Below, piece after piece: positions 50,713 through 63,040 of a stretch of DNA of 64,000 nt. The stretch covers positions 107,920,965 through 107,984,964 of the forward strand of contig JASCQW010000162.1 of NCBI GenBank assembly GCA_030264375.1, given 5' to 3'. Both the position numbers and the translations under genes were made by a program. The notes beneath the pieces were generated by a model that had not been told where the DNA came from, did no database searches, and saw nothing but the letters and a program-made list of their open reading frames with translations. How positions within the stretch are numbered: the stretch's first letter is position 1; every line of letters begins with the position of its first letter. The stretch is from Carcharhinus longimanus (lineage: Eukaryota).

Positions 50713-51139
50713 GTGTGTATGAAGAAGGAAAATAATTGCATGAATGGTTGATGGGAATTAGAGTTGATAAATTTGCGGGGAGATTGTAGATGCAACCTGG
50801 TGTTTTTGAAATAGAGACTCTATCAGAAGAATGAATAATTGTGAATGTTCATAGATTCATTTAACATAGAAATAGGCAATTTGACTCCTTGTGCCTGTGG
50901 TAGTTCTTTGAGAGTTGACTGGTTAGGATTGCTGTTGGTGAGAAAACTGCTAGAGGCTGTAGTAAGGAAGTAATAAGGGTGAGCCCTTTAATAAGCGAGG
51001 GCTTGGAAGGAACTCCGTGTCACAGTGGGTCAAGTACATTGCTGTTTCAGTTTTGGGATCTCGAATGAAGTATAATTGAAGATGATGGGATGGAAATCTG
51101 TTTGGTGCAATAAGTTTGGCAGTCTTGGAGAACACTCAG

Positions 51140-51355
51140 ATAAAAGCAGAATACCAAGGATGCTGAAAATCTGAAATAAAAGCAGAAAATGCTGGATGAA
51201 CCCCGCTAGGTCTGGCAGCATTTGTGGAGAGAAAGTGTCGACGTTTTGGATCCAAATGACTGAAGAGGGATCATTTAGTTCCAAAACATTAACACTATTT
51301 CCCTCCACAGATACTGGCAAGTCTACTGAATTTATACAGCATTTTCTGCTTTTAC
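51140..51355. mobile_element. Palindromic Penelope terminal-repeat element (second family)
   Basis: Inverted arms ~51178-51260 and ~51270-51353 (aaaagcagaaaatgctg ... cagcattttctgctttt), with a decayed CUGAAGA hammerhead core at 51260. Confidence 0.75.
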
Positions 51356-51414
51356 TTGAGAAATCTGTCCCAATAGACATTGACCTAAAGCACAAAACTA
51401 TCATTAATTTGATT

Positions 51415-51524
51415 TGGTGAGAAGCCCCACAACACCAACAGGTTTGTTTGGCATCACGAGTTTTCGGAGCGCTGTTCCTTCATCAGGTGAGTCAGTCTGG
51501 TCCAATGCCGGCATCTACACATCA
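51415..51524. mobile_element. Truncated member of the 27330/32542 Penelope-derived family
   Basis: caacaccaacaggtttgtttgg...ttcggagcgctgttccttcatcaggtga...tccaatgccggcatctacacatca. Confidence 0.7.
51454..51490 (-). ncRNA. Minimal hammerhead-like motif
   Basis: Minus strand: ucac-CUGAUGA-a-GGAac-agc-gcUCC-GAAA-ac-UC-guga. 4-bp helix I, intact core. Confidence 0.5.
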
Positions 51525-53371
51525 TTGTTAATTTGCCTGTAATTGATAATCAGAAAGTTTAAAAGATACGGGAATCGAAAAATGCCGTAGAGGTGCCGAA
51601 ATGAATTTTGTGGGGTCCTCTTTTATGAGGTTGGTGCTGAGGGCAAAGCAAAACTATTTTCATTCTGCAGCTAGCTCTGTCTTAAACAATCTGAGTGTGT
51701 TTGAAATAAAAAGTGTTCATTCCGGAAGACTTAACATTGCCTCCTTTGGCGGAGGGAAAGAATGACCAGAAAAATTGAGGAAGCGAGAGCTAATTAGAGA
51801 TGGTAATCATGGATTTGTCAAGGTCAGATTATGCTTGACTAATTTAATGGAACGCTTTTAGAAAATTACTGAACAAAGAAGATGTCATACATTTGTTGTT
51901 TCGTTTTGTTAGTAAATTTGTAAGAGGTTGAAGTTCATGGTATTAAAGGTAATCATGGATAAAAGGATAGCTGAAGGACTGAAGACAGTAGGCAAGACCT
52001 TTTGGTCCCACCGCTGTCACCAGGTTTCCCATTGTTCACACCCTCTGCCGCCAGGAAGCTTACGGCAGGGTATTACCGTTGGTAGAACTGGAGTATCCTG
52101 TCAGTGGGACCGGCTGGAGAATCCCACCCAGAGAATGGGAATAATGGATATGAGCAATATGAAGCTACAGAGTTCGTATTAGGCATGAAATGTTACTGAA
52201 CCAGAGAACGCAGATGGGGTACTTAAAATAAGGGTTTTAAAATTATGAAAAGATTAATTTGTGGAATGAAGTATGTGGAAAAAGACCAACTGGTCCATAA
52301 ATGATGTACAATCACTTTTGAGGAGTGGTGAAAAATGATTTCCACTAATTGGTAAATCATAAGTGAGTAGAAACTTCAAATCAACTAGGGGAAGGCTGGT
52401 AGGAATATTTTCAGAGGTGGTTTTGTGTATGAAATACATGATCACACATGGCTGTTGAAGATACTGCATTCCCTTTTTGAGCCAGTTAGTTAAGGAATTT
52501 AAGGGAAAATATTAAGGGTATGGGAACAGATCAGAAAAAGAGGTCACAGTACATAGCAGTGACACCAGCATGATACTTCACTTCTCTGCTTAACTGTCTC
52601 TGATTTGATGGATAGAGAACCTTGCCCTCCATTTTTATTTATTTCTCTCCATCTAACCCACGTGCTGAAAGCAGTTATATTGCTTCATTTTATTATGTTT
52701 AGAATCTGTGATTTATCCAGTTACAGATATGTTTCAAAGTGGATACTTAAGTGTCTTGGTGAGATTGTTAACAATTCTTACTCTTCTTCATTTCTCTCTC
52801 TCGCTCTTTCTTTCTCCCCTCCCTCCTTAAAAATGTTTAGGATTTTCACCAAACTTAATAAACTTATTATTTCTGTTAAGATGGAATTTTCTGTTTTTCT
52901 TTTAATCAAATTGGTGGAAAAACACTGCACATGATTTACTCATTTTCATAATAGTTGTAGTTCTAGAATATTTAACATTTAATTTCTGCCTGACATAATA
53001 ATCTCAATGATGTGAATAAATAATTCAAAGCAACGGTTAGAATTTAAGTAAAAAGTTTTGGAGTTGAGTATAGAAAGTTGAAGATTGGTACATAAATGCG
53101 AGTTTCAAGTTAGAATTGATTCTTTTTTGATTTTCATTACAAAACTGTATTAGTGATTTCTTTAAACAGTTGATTTGTAAAGATTGCTTGTGGCTGAAAT
53201 GAAGAATGTTGTCCACTTTTTTACTCTTTTAATTTTGGGGGAAAGTTTTCAGTGTAATTGCCTCTCCATGTGCAAAGTATTTTGGTAGCACAGAAGCCAA
53301 ACATATCTCATTCAAAGCTATTAGCTAGTTATTTTCTGGAAGTGGAAGATTTGGTACTTAATGGGTTAATG

Positions 53372-53710
53372 CAGGGGTGGGTAAACTTCACAGCCTTAGG
53401 GCCACATCTGGACATGGAAATAGTATGCCGGACCATAAATACACAAGAAAAGAAGAATTCGTGTTGAAACCCGGACAACATAATTGTGTTTTAAAGTCAG
53501 TGCTATGTTGAAATAATACAGTTGAACAATGCACCGTTGGAGAATTTCATCATTGAGTTGTTTGCTGATTTTTACTACACAACTGCATTGCTCCTCTCAG
53601 AACACATTTTATTAGATCTAAATCTCTTCAGTGCATTGCACTATGAAAAGTTCGATAATTTTCCCAATATGATTAAATCTGTAAGACTTCTTCAAGTAGC
53701 ATCCTGAAAA
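53372..53710 (+). mobile_element. hAT-like remnant
   Basis: caggggtgggtaaact...gggccacatc TIR-like start. The frame APLENFIIELFAD...EKFDNFPNMIK weakly resembles a hAT C-terminal domain. Confidence 0.35.
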
Positions 53711-56700
53711 CATAAAATTAGATTCTATGCTAAGAGGTACTTTTCACTAAGTTAATAAGGTCCTTGTACTTGTTTGAGGTGAAGGTAGAGGGAGAGAGAT
53801 TTAAGAATTTCTTGACTGTTGAGAAATGATATTTGGGGTTATCATTCCTCTTAGGATGATCTTGGAATTGTTGGTGATTTAGGGAAAGATAGAATTTCTG
53901 AATTCTAATGCAACGTCAAACCAACCATTTAGAACACTGGATTGTTCTATATTGTGAGGCATGAGCAAACAGGTTAAATCTTAAGCACTGTTTGTGTACC
54001 TTGAATTAGGCCTGTGTAATTGGGGAAGTATGGCTGCCCAATGAGCATTATCAAACTGCTTATACCAGTAAATTATCGTTTCCTTGCTTCACTAAATGGC
54101 TACTAATTAAGGTAGCTTTGTCTCAACCGATGCATGCTGTGCCATTTCATGTGCCAGTTTGTGTTTTTGTGTCTGATGACTTCTCAATAATGTCTGGTCA
54201 TTTCTGTAAATGCTTTCCTTTGACTAGCATGTTGATTGGAAAGTGAAAGCTAGAGTTTTTTCAGGTAACCAGAAAAGGAATGTTAACACTTGGGCTAATC
54301 GATGAGTTCAGTAAGTAACTGTACGAGTTTGTGGTGCTGTGGAAAACAAATGTAGAAAGTTCTATGTTTAGAAACTGCTCTTGGTTGAATTGAAATCAGC
54401 AGTTGTGATGATCAGGGAAGTAGCCCAATAAATATCTGATATTCTGCTTATCTGCGATTAAGATCAAATATATTTAATTGTATTTTTAAAATTTCCTTAG
54501 TTTCCACTAAAACATAATTGTTTTTATTCTAAATGTTTGTACCGGGGTTTAAGGCAATTGTTTGTGGAATAGACTATTAACTTTATCAGACAAGGTAAAG
54601 AGAATGGAGTTGCATTAAATGGATCAGAACTTTCTCACGGTGAAAAATTTGTTTTTGGGTAAACTGTAATAAACTAAAAGCTTAATAGATAATCAGTTAA
54701 TCCATATTTATTTAATTTTTTAAAATAAGAAGTTGTCTAAAATATGCTTTAAATTCTCAAGTCAGAATTTCAGTTGTAGGTTTTGTATGCTTGTACCAAA
54801 TGACTCATGACCTCAGTCAACAATGTGTCTTATTTTAGATCTGTCTATTTTACTGTGTGCTTGAAGAACAGCAAATTGTTTCAATGGATTTCAGAGGGTT
54901 AAATGAAGCTATGTAAACTTTTCTTGTACCAATATATGTAGTCTCTGTTTAGATTCTTTCTTTATTAATGATGTGAAAACATTGGGGTCAGATAAAAATG
55001 AGCTTGGGTCAGATTGCAAGAGCTGCCTAACATTTTAAAATTGTAGTGACTCTACAGAGATGTTGTTTGAATAGGATGAAAGGAGATACAATGAATGTTT
55101 CAATGTTTTGCAGCTGTTGGATGTGGCTTACCGTATAAAACTTCATGTGGCTTATAGCCCTCCAAATTTGAATGTGTTTCTCTGTTTTGTGTAGTTCTCA
55201 TCCTCCCTTTTGTGAAAGGAAAAAAATCATCAGTGTTTGAAAAATGCCATCTTATTTTATTGCATCTTTTCCAGACTAAATAGTCAATCTCAATGACTGA
55301 TATAATCAGAATGAAATTCTGTCTTTGTAAATGTTTAGGAAATCTTAACTGTTAAAGTCTCATGGAAATAAATCAGCATAATTGCATGGAAACACAATCA
55401 AAGCTGAACAACATTTCTCTGGTTGAATTTTTCCATTGTCCTTGTTGACTCCAGTGATGCTATAATGAGTATCCCTTTCATAAAAGAAACTGACCATAAA
55501 CTAGCTTAGCCATCTGAGGTTTGAGGCAGTTGTAGTTTTATGATAGATATTGGCCCATTATGATCTGATTTTTGTAGTTTAAAATCCCAGGAATGTATAA
55601 TGTGGTCTTGCATTTATTCGTGATTTGTTTTCCTTGATAAAAATTGATAGCTGAATATCACTCTGCTGCCGTGCACCTGCGCAGCAGAACCTGACAGTCA
55701 CCAACTAAAATTATTTTTGATACATGACCAACCTGTTGACTTGCAACACAGATTCAAGGGACTGAAAAATGTGTAACAGGACTTTTCAGAACCCTGTCAA
55801 AAGTCTAATAATTTTATTTGGCGCTGATATTCAATCATGCACATGTTACGTGTAATATCCAGATATATTTTATACAGTTGCATAAATATCAAAATTTTTT
55901 AAATCAGTAATTGTTATAATGTTTACTGTTGGATGAATATTATGTGAAGGTTTGATTTCGTGCTGAGTTGTTTTGAGTAAGACTTTGATGGTTATAAATT
56001 ACGCACATATTTGATGAAATTCGAAAGAGGGAAAAGAAGTATTTTGTTGTACGACCACCATGACTTTTTGGTTGCATACTGCATAAAGAGATCTAATAAT
56101 TGCAACTAACCTAGTTAATAGGGCTGTTTAGTGGAGTGCCAATAAATCAGGGTGTCAAAAATGTAAACGAACTGACAAAATGATTACCATCTGTGAAAGA
56201 AGTATTTATAAAACATTAATGTACGTGAGTATGCTGTGGTTTCAACAGGAAATGGGGTAACATTAGATGTGCTTTAGTACCGGTTACAATTATGAGTCTT
56301 AAGATGATCCTGTGTTGCGGCTGAATGCTGATTAACCCCTAACCTCCAACCTCACCCCCACCCACAGCTACCAGCACGCAACATTATAGAATAAGTGCTT
56401 CAGCAAAATTTATCTTTGTACCTTTTTGACAATTTCAGCGGTCCTATCAAATTATACAATGTACTGAATTTTGCTTGTGCTCCATGAAAGCAGTGTTTTA
56501 TTCTGAGTTTTTTTTTGAAGAAATGTATTTGCTCATCAGTATTATGTAGTTTAAATGTCATTCTTCCTTGATTCACTGATTTGCTTGATTCGGGGGGAGG
56601 ACTGTAATTTTTCTGCTTCAGTAACCCTCTTTCAACCCCCTGTTAGCATTTCCTCAGTCAGTGGAGATCAACTGACCACCTGATTTCTGTGTTTGATTTC

Positions 56701-56877
56701 ATTTGTTTGGGGACAGTAGAGCAGGAGGTGTGATTTCATGATGCATGAAATCTTTCTCCTTCCTGCCCTCCCTTACCTAGAGTTGGATGCTTAAAACTGA
56801 TACAGCATTTTAACTAGCAAAATGGCCAACCAATACTGAATTTCATAATGATCTACTCAGGCTGGATAAGCTTAAAT

Positions 56878-57127
56878 ATTTGATTTGATTTATTTTGTCA
56901 CATGTATTTATATGCAGTGAAAAGTTTTGTTTCTTGCGTGCTATACAGATAATGCAGGCTGTACATAGAGAAGGAAAGGAGAGAGTGCAGAATGTAGTGT
57001 TACAGTCATAGCTAAGGTGTAGGAAAAGATCGTTTAGGCTTGGAATTTGAATACGGGACTTAGAGAAAATAATCCATTATTTTATGTCTGTATGTTCATT
57101 TCCAAGGCATTCCCTATAATGGTAGAG
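56878..57127 (-). mobile_element. Composite short element with Rex1-type tail (copy 2)
   Basis: Reverse complement aligns with 45668-45905 across both the head and the tail. Confidence 0.7.
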
Positions 57128-57162
57128 GATTTTTGATTAGTAAACACTGGCATGAAAAGATT

Positions 57163-57468
57163 TCATAGAATCCCTCCAGTGCAGGAGGAGGCCATTCGGC
57201 CCATCAAGCCTGCACTGACAACAATTCCACCTATGCCCTATCCCCATAGCCTCATGTATTTATCCTGCTAATCCCCCTGACATTAAGGGGCAACTGACAT
57301 GGTCAGTCAACCTAACCAGCACGTCTTTCAGACTGGGAGGAAACCGGAGCACAGGGAGACATGGGGAGAAGATGCAAACTCCACACAGACATCACCCAAG
57401 CCGGGAATTGAACCTGAGTCCCTGATGCTGTGAGGCAGCAGTGCTAACTGCCATGTTATCGTGCCGCC
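57163..57468 (-). mobile_element. HE1-type V-SINE
   Basis: Full reverse copy. Confidence 0.9.
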
Positions 57469-59597
57469 GTTTGTCAGGACTCTGTCGTGTACCTCCTGAG
57501 GAGTGGCTTCAGGCTTATACAGAAAGGAGCTCAATGTATCAAGAGATGAATAGGGACCACAGTCTTACTTTGAATATGTCTGGGTATCAACTACAGGTGT
57601 TTGTGATATAGATTTAGAGTTTCAACATGTGTTTGAGCTGAAGTGTGAAAATGCTGAAATGAACACTCTCGCCGTTAGCAAAATGAAGGAGATGGATTGC
57701 TGTCATCCAAAAGGATAATTTTTAATTGCAAGACATTTTGAATCCAAATAGCATTTTTACTGTTTGTTTCCTTTTCCTCACTAACCTCTTCGACCATGAG
57801 AAGTTTGTTGCTTGCATTTGATTCCTTGGGAACCTGCTGGAGCATGCAAGTGGATTTGTTTAATATTTGAACCTTGATGATTTGGCTGGCTAATCAACTT
57901 TGAGGGGCTGGGCAAACATGCCCCAAAATATTCCTCTAATATCTGTGCACATGCCCTTCTAATAGGGCCATTAGTTGGTGATTATGGCAAAGGGGCCAAT
58001 TTGGTGCTGCTGCCATTGCTGATTGAAATGATTAAACTCAGCAGATTAGGAATCAAACCCAATACCAATTTGCTTTTATGCCTCAGCTGCATAATGGACC
58101 AACTAGCTGAGGTATAGGGAACAGGGTCATTGAACTGTATTTTTTTGTTGGATGTGCATCATTTTAGTTTGCTAAAGTCCACACAGCTTGAATTTTAATG
58201 TTTCTACTTATTTTAAGAGTAATCATATTTTTTAAAAAAAAATTGAAGTGAAATTGGCATCAGTTTTGAAGCTATCTTAATCTAAAATAAAAAGGTTAAC
58301 GTCTTCTAACTTTCCATCTGGACAGAAGGTCTGAGAGGTGATAAAGGATTATTTATAGGTTGAAGGGTAATTCTTCAGCATGTCCTCATCTCAATTATTT
58401 CTACTGTGCGTGTCATGAATAAAGTTGGGATATCTGCATTGCGCCAGGACACTGTTCATATATATTTTATCTAATTCCTAGTGCGTATTGAGCTGAGAAA
58501 TTAGTTTTAAGTTCGAGATCTGCTGTTATTTCTTTCAAGGTGTATTTTGCATTTAAACAAGAATCATGCTTGTTTTAAAATCCTAATTATAGCAACTCAA
58601 AAGTAAATTGTTTTCCAAATTCCAAAACGTCGGACAGGATTTTACCAGCCCTACGCTGACTGTGTGCGAGGTGGGTGAGCTGGGAAAATGCCAGGGAATT
58701 TTTTGTTGGCATCTCTGCGACTGATTTGAATAATTGAAGACCTAATGAAGGACAACTTTCCTAGGCCACCGGAGGCACCCTTACCCAAAGAATGACTTCT
58801 GATTAGACCAGCAGCGTGGAAGGCTCGTCTTCCTGAATTGGGCACCTCCCCTACATGTCATTTGGATGACCACACTGATATTGCTTCCACGCTTCCACCA
58901 TGTGTCGTTTGTCCTCTTTCGTCCTTCCTTCCGTCCCCTCCCTCCCTCTCCCCCCCACCAATGCTTGCACTTTGTCATTGGCAGAATAATCTTGCCCACA
59001 GGCACTGCTATACCACGACAATTTTGTAAAATAAGCATTTTGATTCTGTTTTGTTCAGTAAGGGCTCTCTTCTCACTCACATCCTTCCCCCTCAGTACCT
59101 GCACCTCCCTGAAAAACTTCGCCTAACAGAGTAGGAATCTTGAGCATTGAGAGCCTCTATCCGTAACAGTAGCCAGGCTATTGCATCAGTGAATCTTCAT
59201 TGTAAAGTGTTTGCCAATTTGAGGTGGCAAATCATGAATCAGTATTTTTTAGGTTTGAAGTATAAATGGGGATTGGAAACATTCCTGTGCAAGTTCACAG
59301 TTCTCATGTACTGATCAAATTTTAATTGATTTTAACTGCTAAACTTTATGTCAAACCAAATATTGATTTGAATTTATTAACCCCTTCGCTAGACTTCCTT
59401 CAGTAATATTTTAATTTTTCTTGTAAAACAGGCAAGAACTCTGAACATTCTATTCCAGCTCAAGTCTCACCAAGGCCCGAAAGAACCTCTCACCACCTTA
59501 ATCTAAGTCACAATTTAGCTGTGCTTTGCAACAGATTTTAAATTTTGTCATCACCTGCAAATATAAAATAATAATTTTAATGATCTCTCTGCCAAAT

Positions 59598-59928
59598 TTC
59601 TTTTTTGTTTGTTCATGGGATGTGGTTGTCGCTGGTTGGGCCAGCATTTATTGCCTATCCCTGAGGGTATTTGAGTCGCGTGGGTCTGAAGTCACCTGTA
59701 GGCCAGATCAAGTAAAGATGTCAGATTTCCTTCCCTATAGGACATTCATGAACCAGGTGGGTTTTTATGACAGCCGACAATGGTCATCATCAAACTTTTA
59801 ATTCCTGATTTTTATTGAATTCACATTTCACCATGTGTCATGGTGGGATTTGAAAACCAGGTCCCCAGAGCAATACCCTGGGTCTCTGGATTACTAGTCC
59901 AGTGACAATATCACTACGCCACCACCTC
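59598..59928 (-). mobile_element. tRNA(Thr)-like-headed short element (same family as 29408-29740)
   Basis: Minus strand tggcgtagtga A-box, ctgga-ctagtaa-tccag stem-loop (59886-59902), and a tail matching the LINE 3' end. Confidence 0.8.
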
Positions 59929-59929
59929 T

Positions 59930-60800
59930 TTTTAAATTCCCAAATCCTTCTCCTGCATTGCTACTCCAAGTTCATTTTTGATGTAATTTGTGTTCTCATT
60001 TTTATCTAATGCAGTGATTTTTCACATCTGGATTGATTCAATCTGGCATCTGTTCACCCAATGACCTAACTTCTCCAGATCCTTAGGAATATCACAAGTT
60101 TGCAGAATTGGCCACAATGCCCAATTAGGCGTTGGTCTCAGGCAAGGGCATCTTTCATGTCTGTCGTTGATTGTGGGAGCGACTTAATCGCTCTAAATGA
60201 GCCAGAGTTCTTTCCTCCAGAAAGGAGGATGCTGAGCGGGTGGCTTGATGGAGATCTTTAAAATCAGTCGATGATCTGGAGCAATATTTATATCTTCCCA
60301 AAATTCAGATAAGTAACATCTATGCCTTGCTCTTATCTCCATTTGATTGACCTCTTAAACATATGATGGTGATACTTAAATCAGATACTTCCGGCTAATC
60401 TTTTATGCTATCTCTTATCAAAGCTTTGAAGATTCCGCACAATCTAGTAAGACGTGCAGGTCTGTAAATTAACAGCTTACTACATGCCTATTTTTAAATA
60501 AAATTTCATAATTACTAAAATCTAATCTATCGGGATGTCGTCTGATACTAGTGAGCTTTGCAATAATATTGCAAAAGGATTTGCAATCTCCTTAGCTACC
60601 TGCAGTAGCATTATTGACTGAATGTTGCCTGAGCGTAGAACCTTGTTTATTTTCGGCTTCCGAAACCTTTCGACTCTTCCCTTCAAATACTAACAGTTTC
60701 AGAGTTACTTCAATAAACATCCTCACACATACAGATGATCCTCACTAAGTCCCAGGCTCTTTCAGGAAGATTGAAGTTCTCTCTGATTAAAACTGAGGCC
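59930..60800 (-). mobile_element. Very old CR1-group RT fragments
   Basis: tcttatcaaaagctttgaagatt (reverse of a DFxKAFDK-like motif) and other decayed RT segments. Confidence 0.45.
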
Positions 60801-61767
60801 TTAGCATAACAGTATACCCATCAAATGTTTATTTTGTGGTGGTCTGTAATATAGTTTTATCATTATTCCCCGGATCCATCTACACAAACATCTGTGCTAA
60901 TTCCTAGTTCCTTCCTCTTGGCACCCTCCCCTGATAAATAATACCACCCCATCCCCTGTATTTCTTTGATCCTTCCTGATGTATATGCAGCCCTCAATCA
61001 GGGTCTGGATTTTCCAGCAGGGCATGGTGCAGGGTTGTAAAATGAAGGGTCGCAATTCCCAGCCTGCTCCTCATAATATGATGGGTGGGCACTCTTTCAT
61101 TTTAGTGTTTGCTTGTCCTCCATTTTTTTAAAATAACTATTAACAGGTAATTAAACTTATGAACTTAATTGACCCATATTCCCTGCTGCCAGCACCATAA
61201 AACTGTTGATAGATGGGAGTGAGGAGCCTGCTTTTTGAGGGAGGGGGGAAATTGGTGGTGGAAGGGACACAACACTCAGGTGCTGCCCTTTACGCATCAG
61301 GGGTATCCCCCCCTTCCCCACCCAAAGATGNNNNNNNNNNNNNNNNNNNNNNNNNNNNNNNNNNNNNNNNNNNNNNNNNNNNNNNNNNNNNNNNNNNNNN
61401 NNNNNNNNNNNNNNNNNNNNNNNNNNNNNNNNNNNNNNNNNNNNNNNNNNNNNNNNNNNNNNNNNTTCCCCAGGCTGACTGATCTTTCCCCTCCCTAAAA
61501 GCCTGACACTCACCTGGCACTCACCTGGCTCTGGGATCAATCAAAGTTCTTTGTTGGACTGCTTACAGTCCCAGTAATGCCTGTTATTCAATAGGCATTA
61601 CTGAGGAGTGAAAATGCGCCCTCAATATGTTTGGCCTTCTGGTATTATTGCTGAGGGTTGGACTTTATTTTATGGTCCTCCAGTTGTTGGAAGGGAAGCC
61701 GTGTGCAACCAAGGTTTCAGTAACTCATAGAATGCAGCCCACTAACGTTCCATTTTTTTCTCTTGTA

Positions 61768-63040
61768 TGAACATACAAATTAGGAACAGGAATAGGCCTC
61801 TTGAGCCTGCTCCACCATTCAATGATCATGACTGATCAGATTGTAACTCCAACTCCACATTCCTGTCTATCCCCAATTTACCTTGCATCCCCTTCTTAAT
61901 CAAGAATCTTATCTAGCTCCACTGTTAAATATTCCAAGATTCTGCCTCCACTGCCTTTTGAGGAAGAGATTTCCAGAGGCTCATGACACTCAAAAACAAA
62001 ATTCTCCTATCTTTATCTCGAATGATCAGCGCTTTATTTTTAAACAGAGTTTTAGATTTTCCAGCAAGAGGAAGCATCCTCTTCACATCCACCTTATCAA
62101 TGACCCTCAGGATCTTAAAGGTTTCAATCAAGTCACCTCTTCTCTAGTGGATACAAACCTAACATCTCTAATCTTTTCTCGTAAGACTACCTGTCCATTC
62201 CTGGTAGTGGTCTAGTAAACCTTCTCTGAACTGCTAACGCGTTTACATTTTTCCTTAAGGTCAAAACTGTACACAATATTCCAGATGTGGTCTCACCATT
62301 GCCCTGTACAACTAGAGGATAATCTCCCTACTTTTGTACAATATCATTCTATTAGTTTTTCTAATTGCTTGCTGTGCTTGTATTTAAGCCTTTTGTGGTC
62401 ATGCACTTAGCCATCTGTACTTCTGAACTCTGTAATCTCTCACCATTTAAATAAGTTTCTTTTTTATTGATCCTACCAAAATGGGCAGTTTCACATTTGC
62501 TCACATTACACTTCATTGCTGGAGTTCTGCCTACTCACCTAACCTAGGTGGTGTGGTCTATGTCGAGTTTGCACATTCTCCCTGTGTTTTGCATGGGTTT
62601 CCTCCTGGTGCTCTGGTTTCCTTCCACAGTCCAAAGATGTGTAGGTTAGGTAGATTGGCCATGCTAAATTGCCTCTTAGTGTCAGGGAGACCAGCTAGGC
62701 TAAATGCCTGGGGTTTTGGAAATACAGTAAAAAGTCTGACAACACCAGGTTTTAGTCCAACCTATTTATTTGATAATATACTCACAAGCTTTCGGGNNNN
62801 NNNNNNNNNNNNNNNNNNNNNNNNNNNTTTTCTATATAGTTGTGTTGTTGGCAAATTTAGCAACCACACCTTCACTTCTTTCATCCAAGTCATTACTGTA
62901 AATAGTAAACAGTTGAAGCCCCAGCACTGATCTCTCCAGCAATTCACTTGTCCATATCCTGCAAACCAGAAAAAGACCCATTTATGCCAACTCTGTTTCC
63001 TGTTAGTCAGCCAACCTTCAATGCTATTGGCTTTAATGTA
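61768..63040 (-). mobile_element. CR1 LINE 3' fragment with a nested partial HE1 SINE (+, ~62548-62722) and a Penelope-derived piece (~62722-62830)
   Basis: IETFKILRVIDKVDVKRMLPL...VMSLWKSLPQKAVEA on the minus strand; tail gaacatacaaattaggaacaggaataggcc. Confidence 0.8.

Noticed and set aside
46642-56750. Scattered TGCATG (RBFOX) motifs
   Set aside because: Their number is compatible with chance and none clusters tightly next to an exon.
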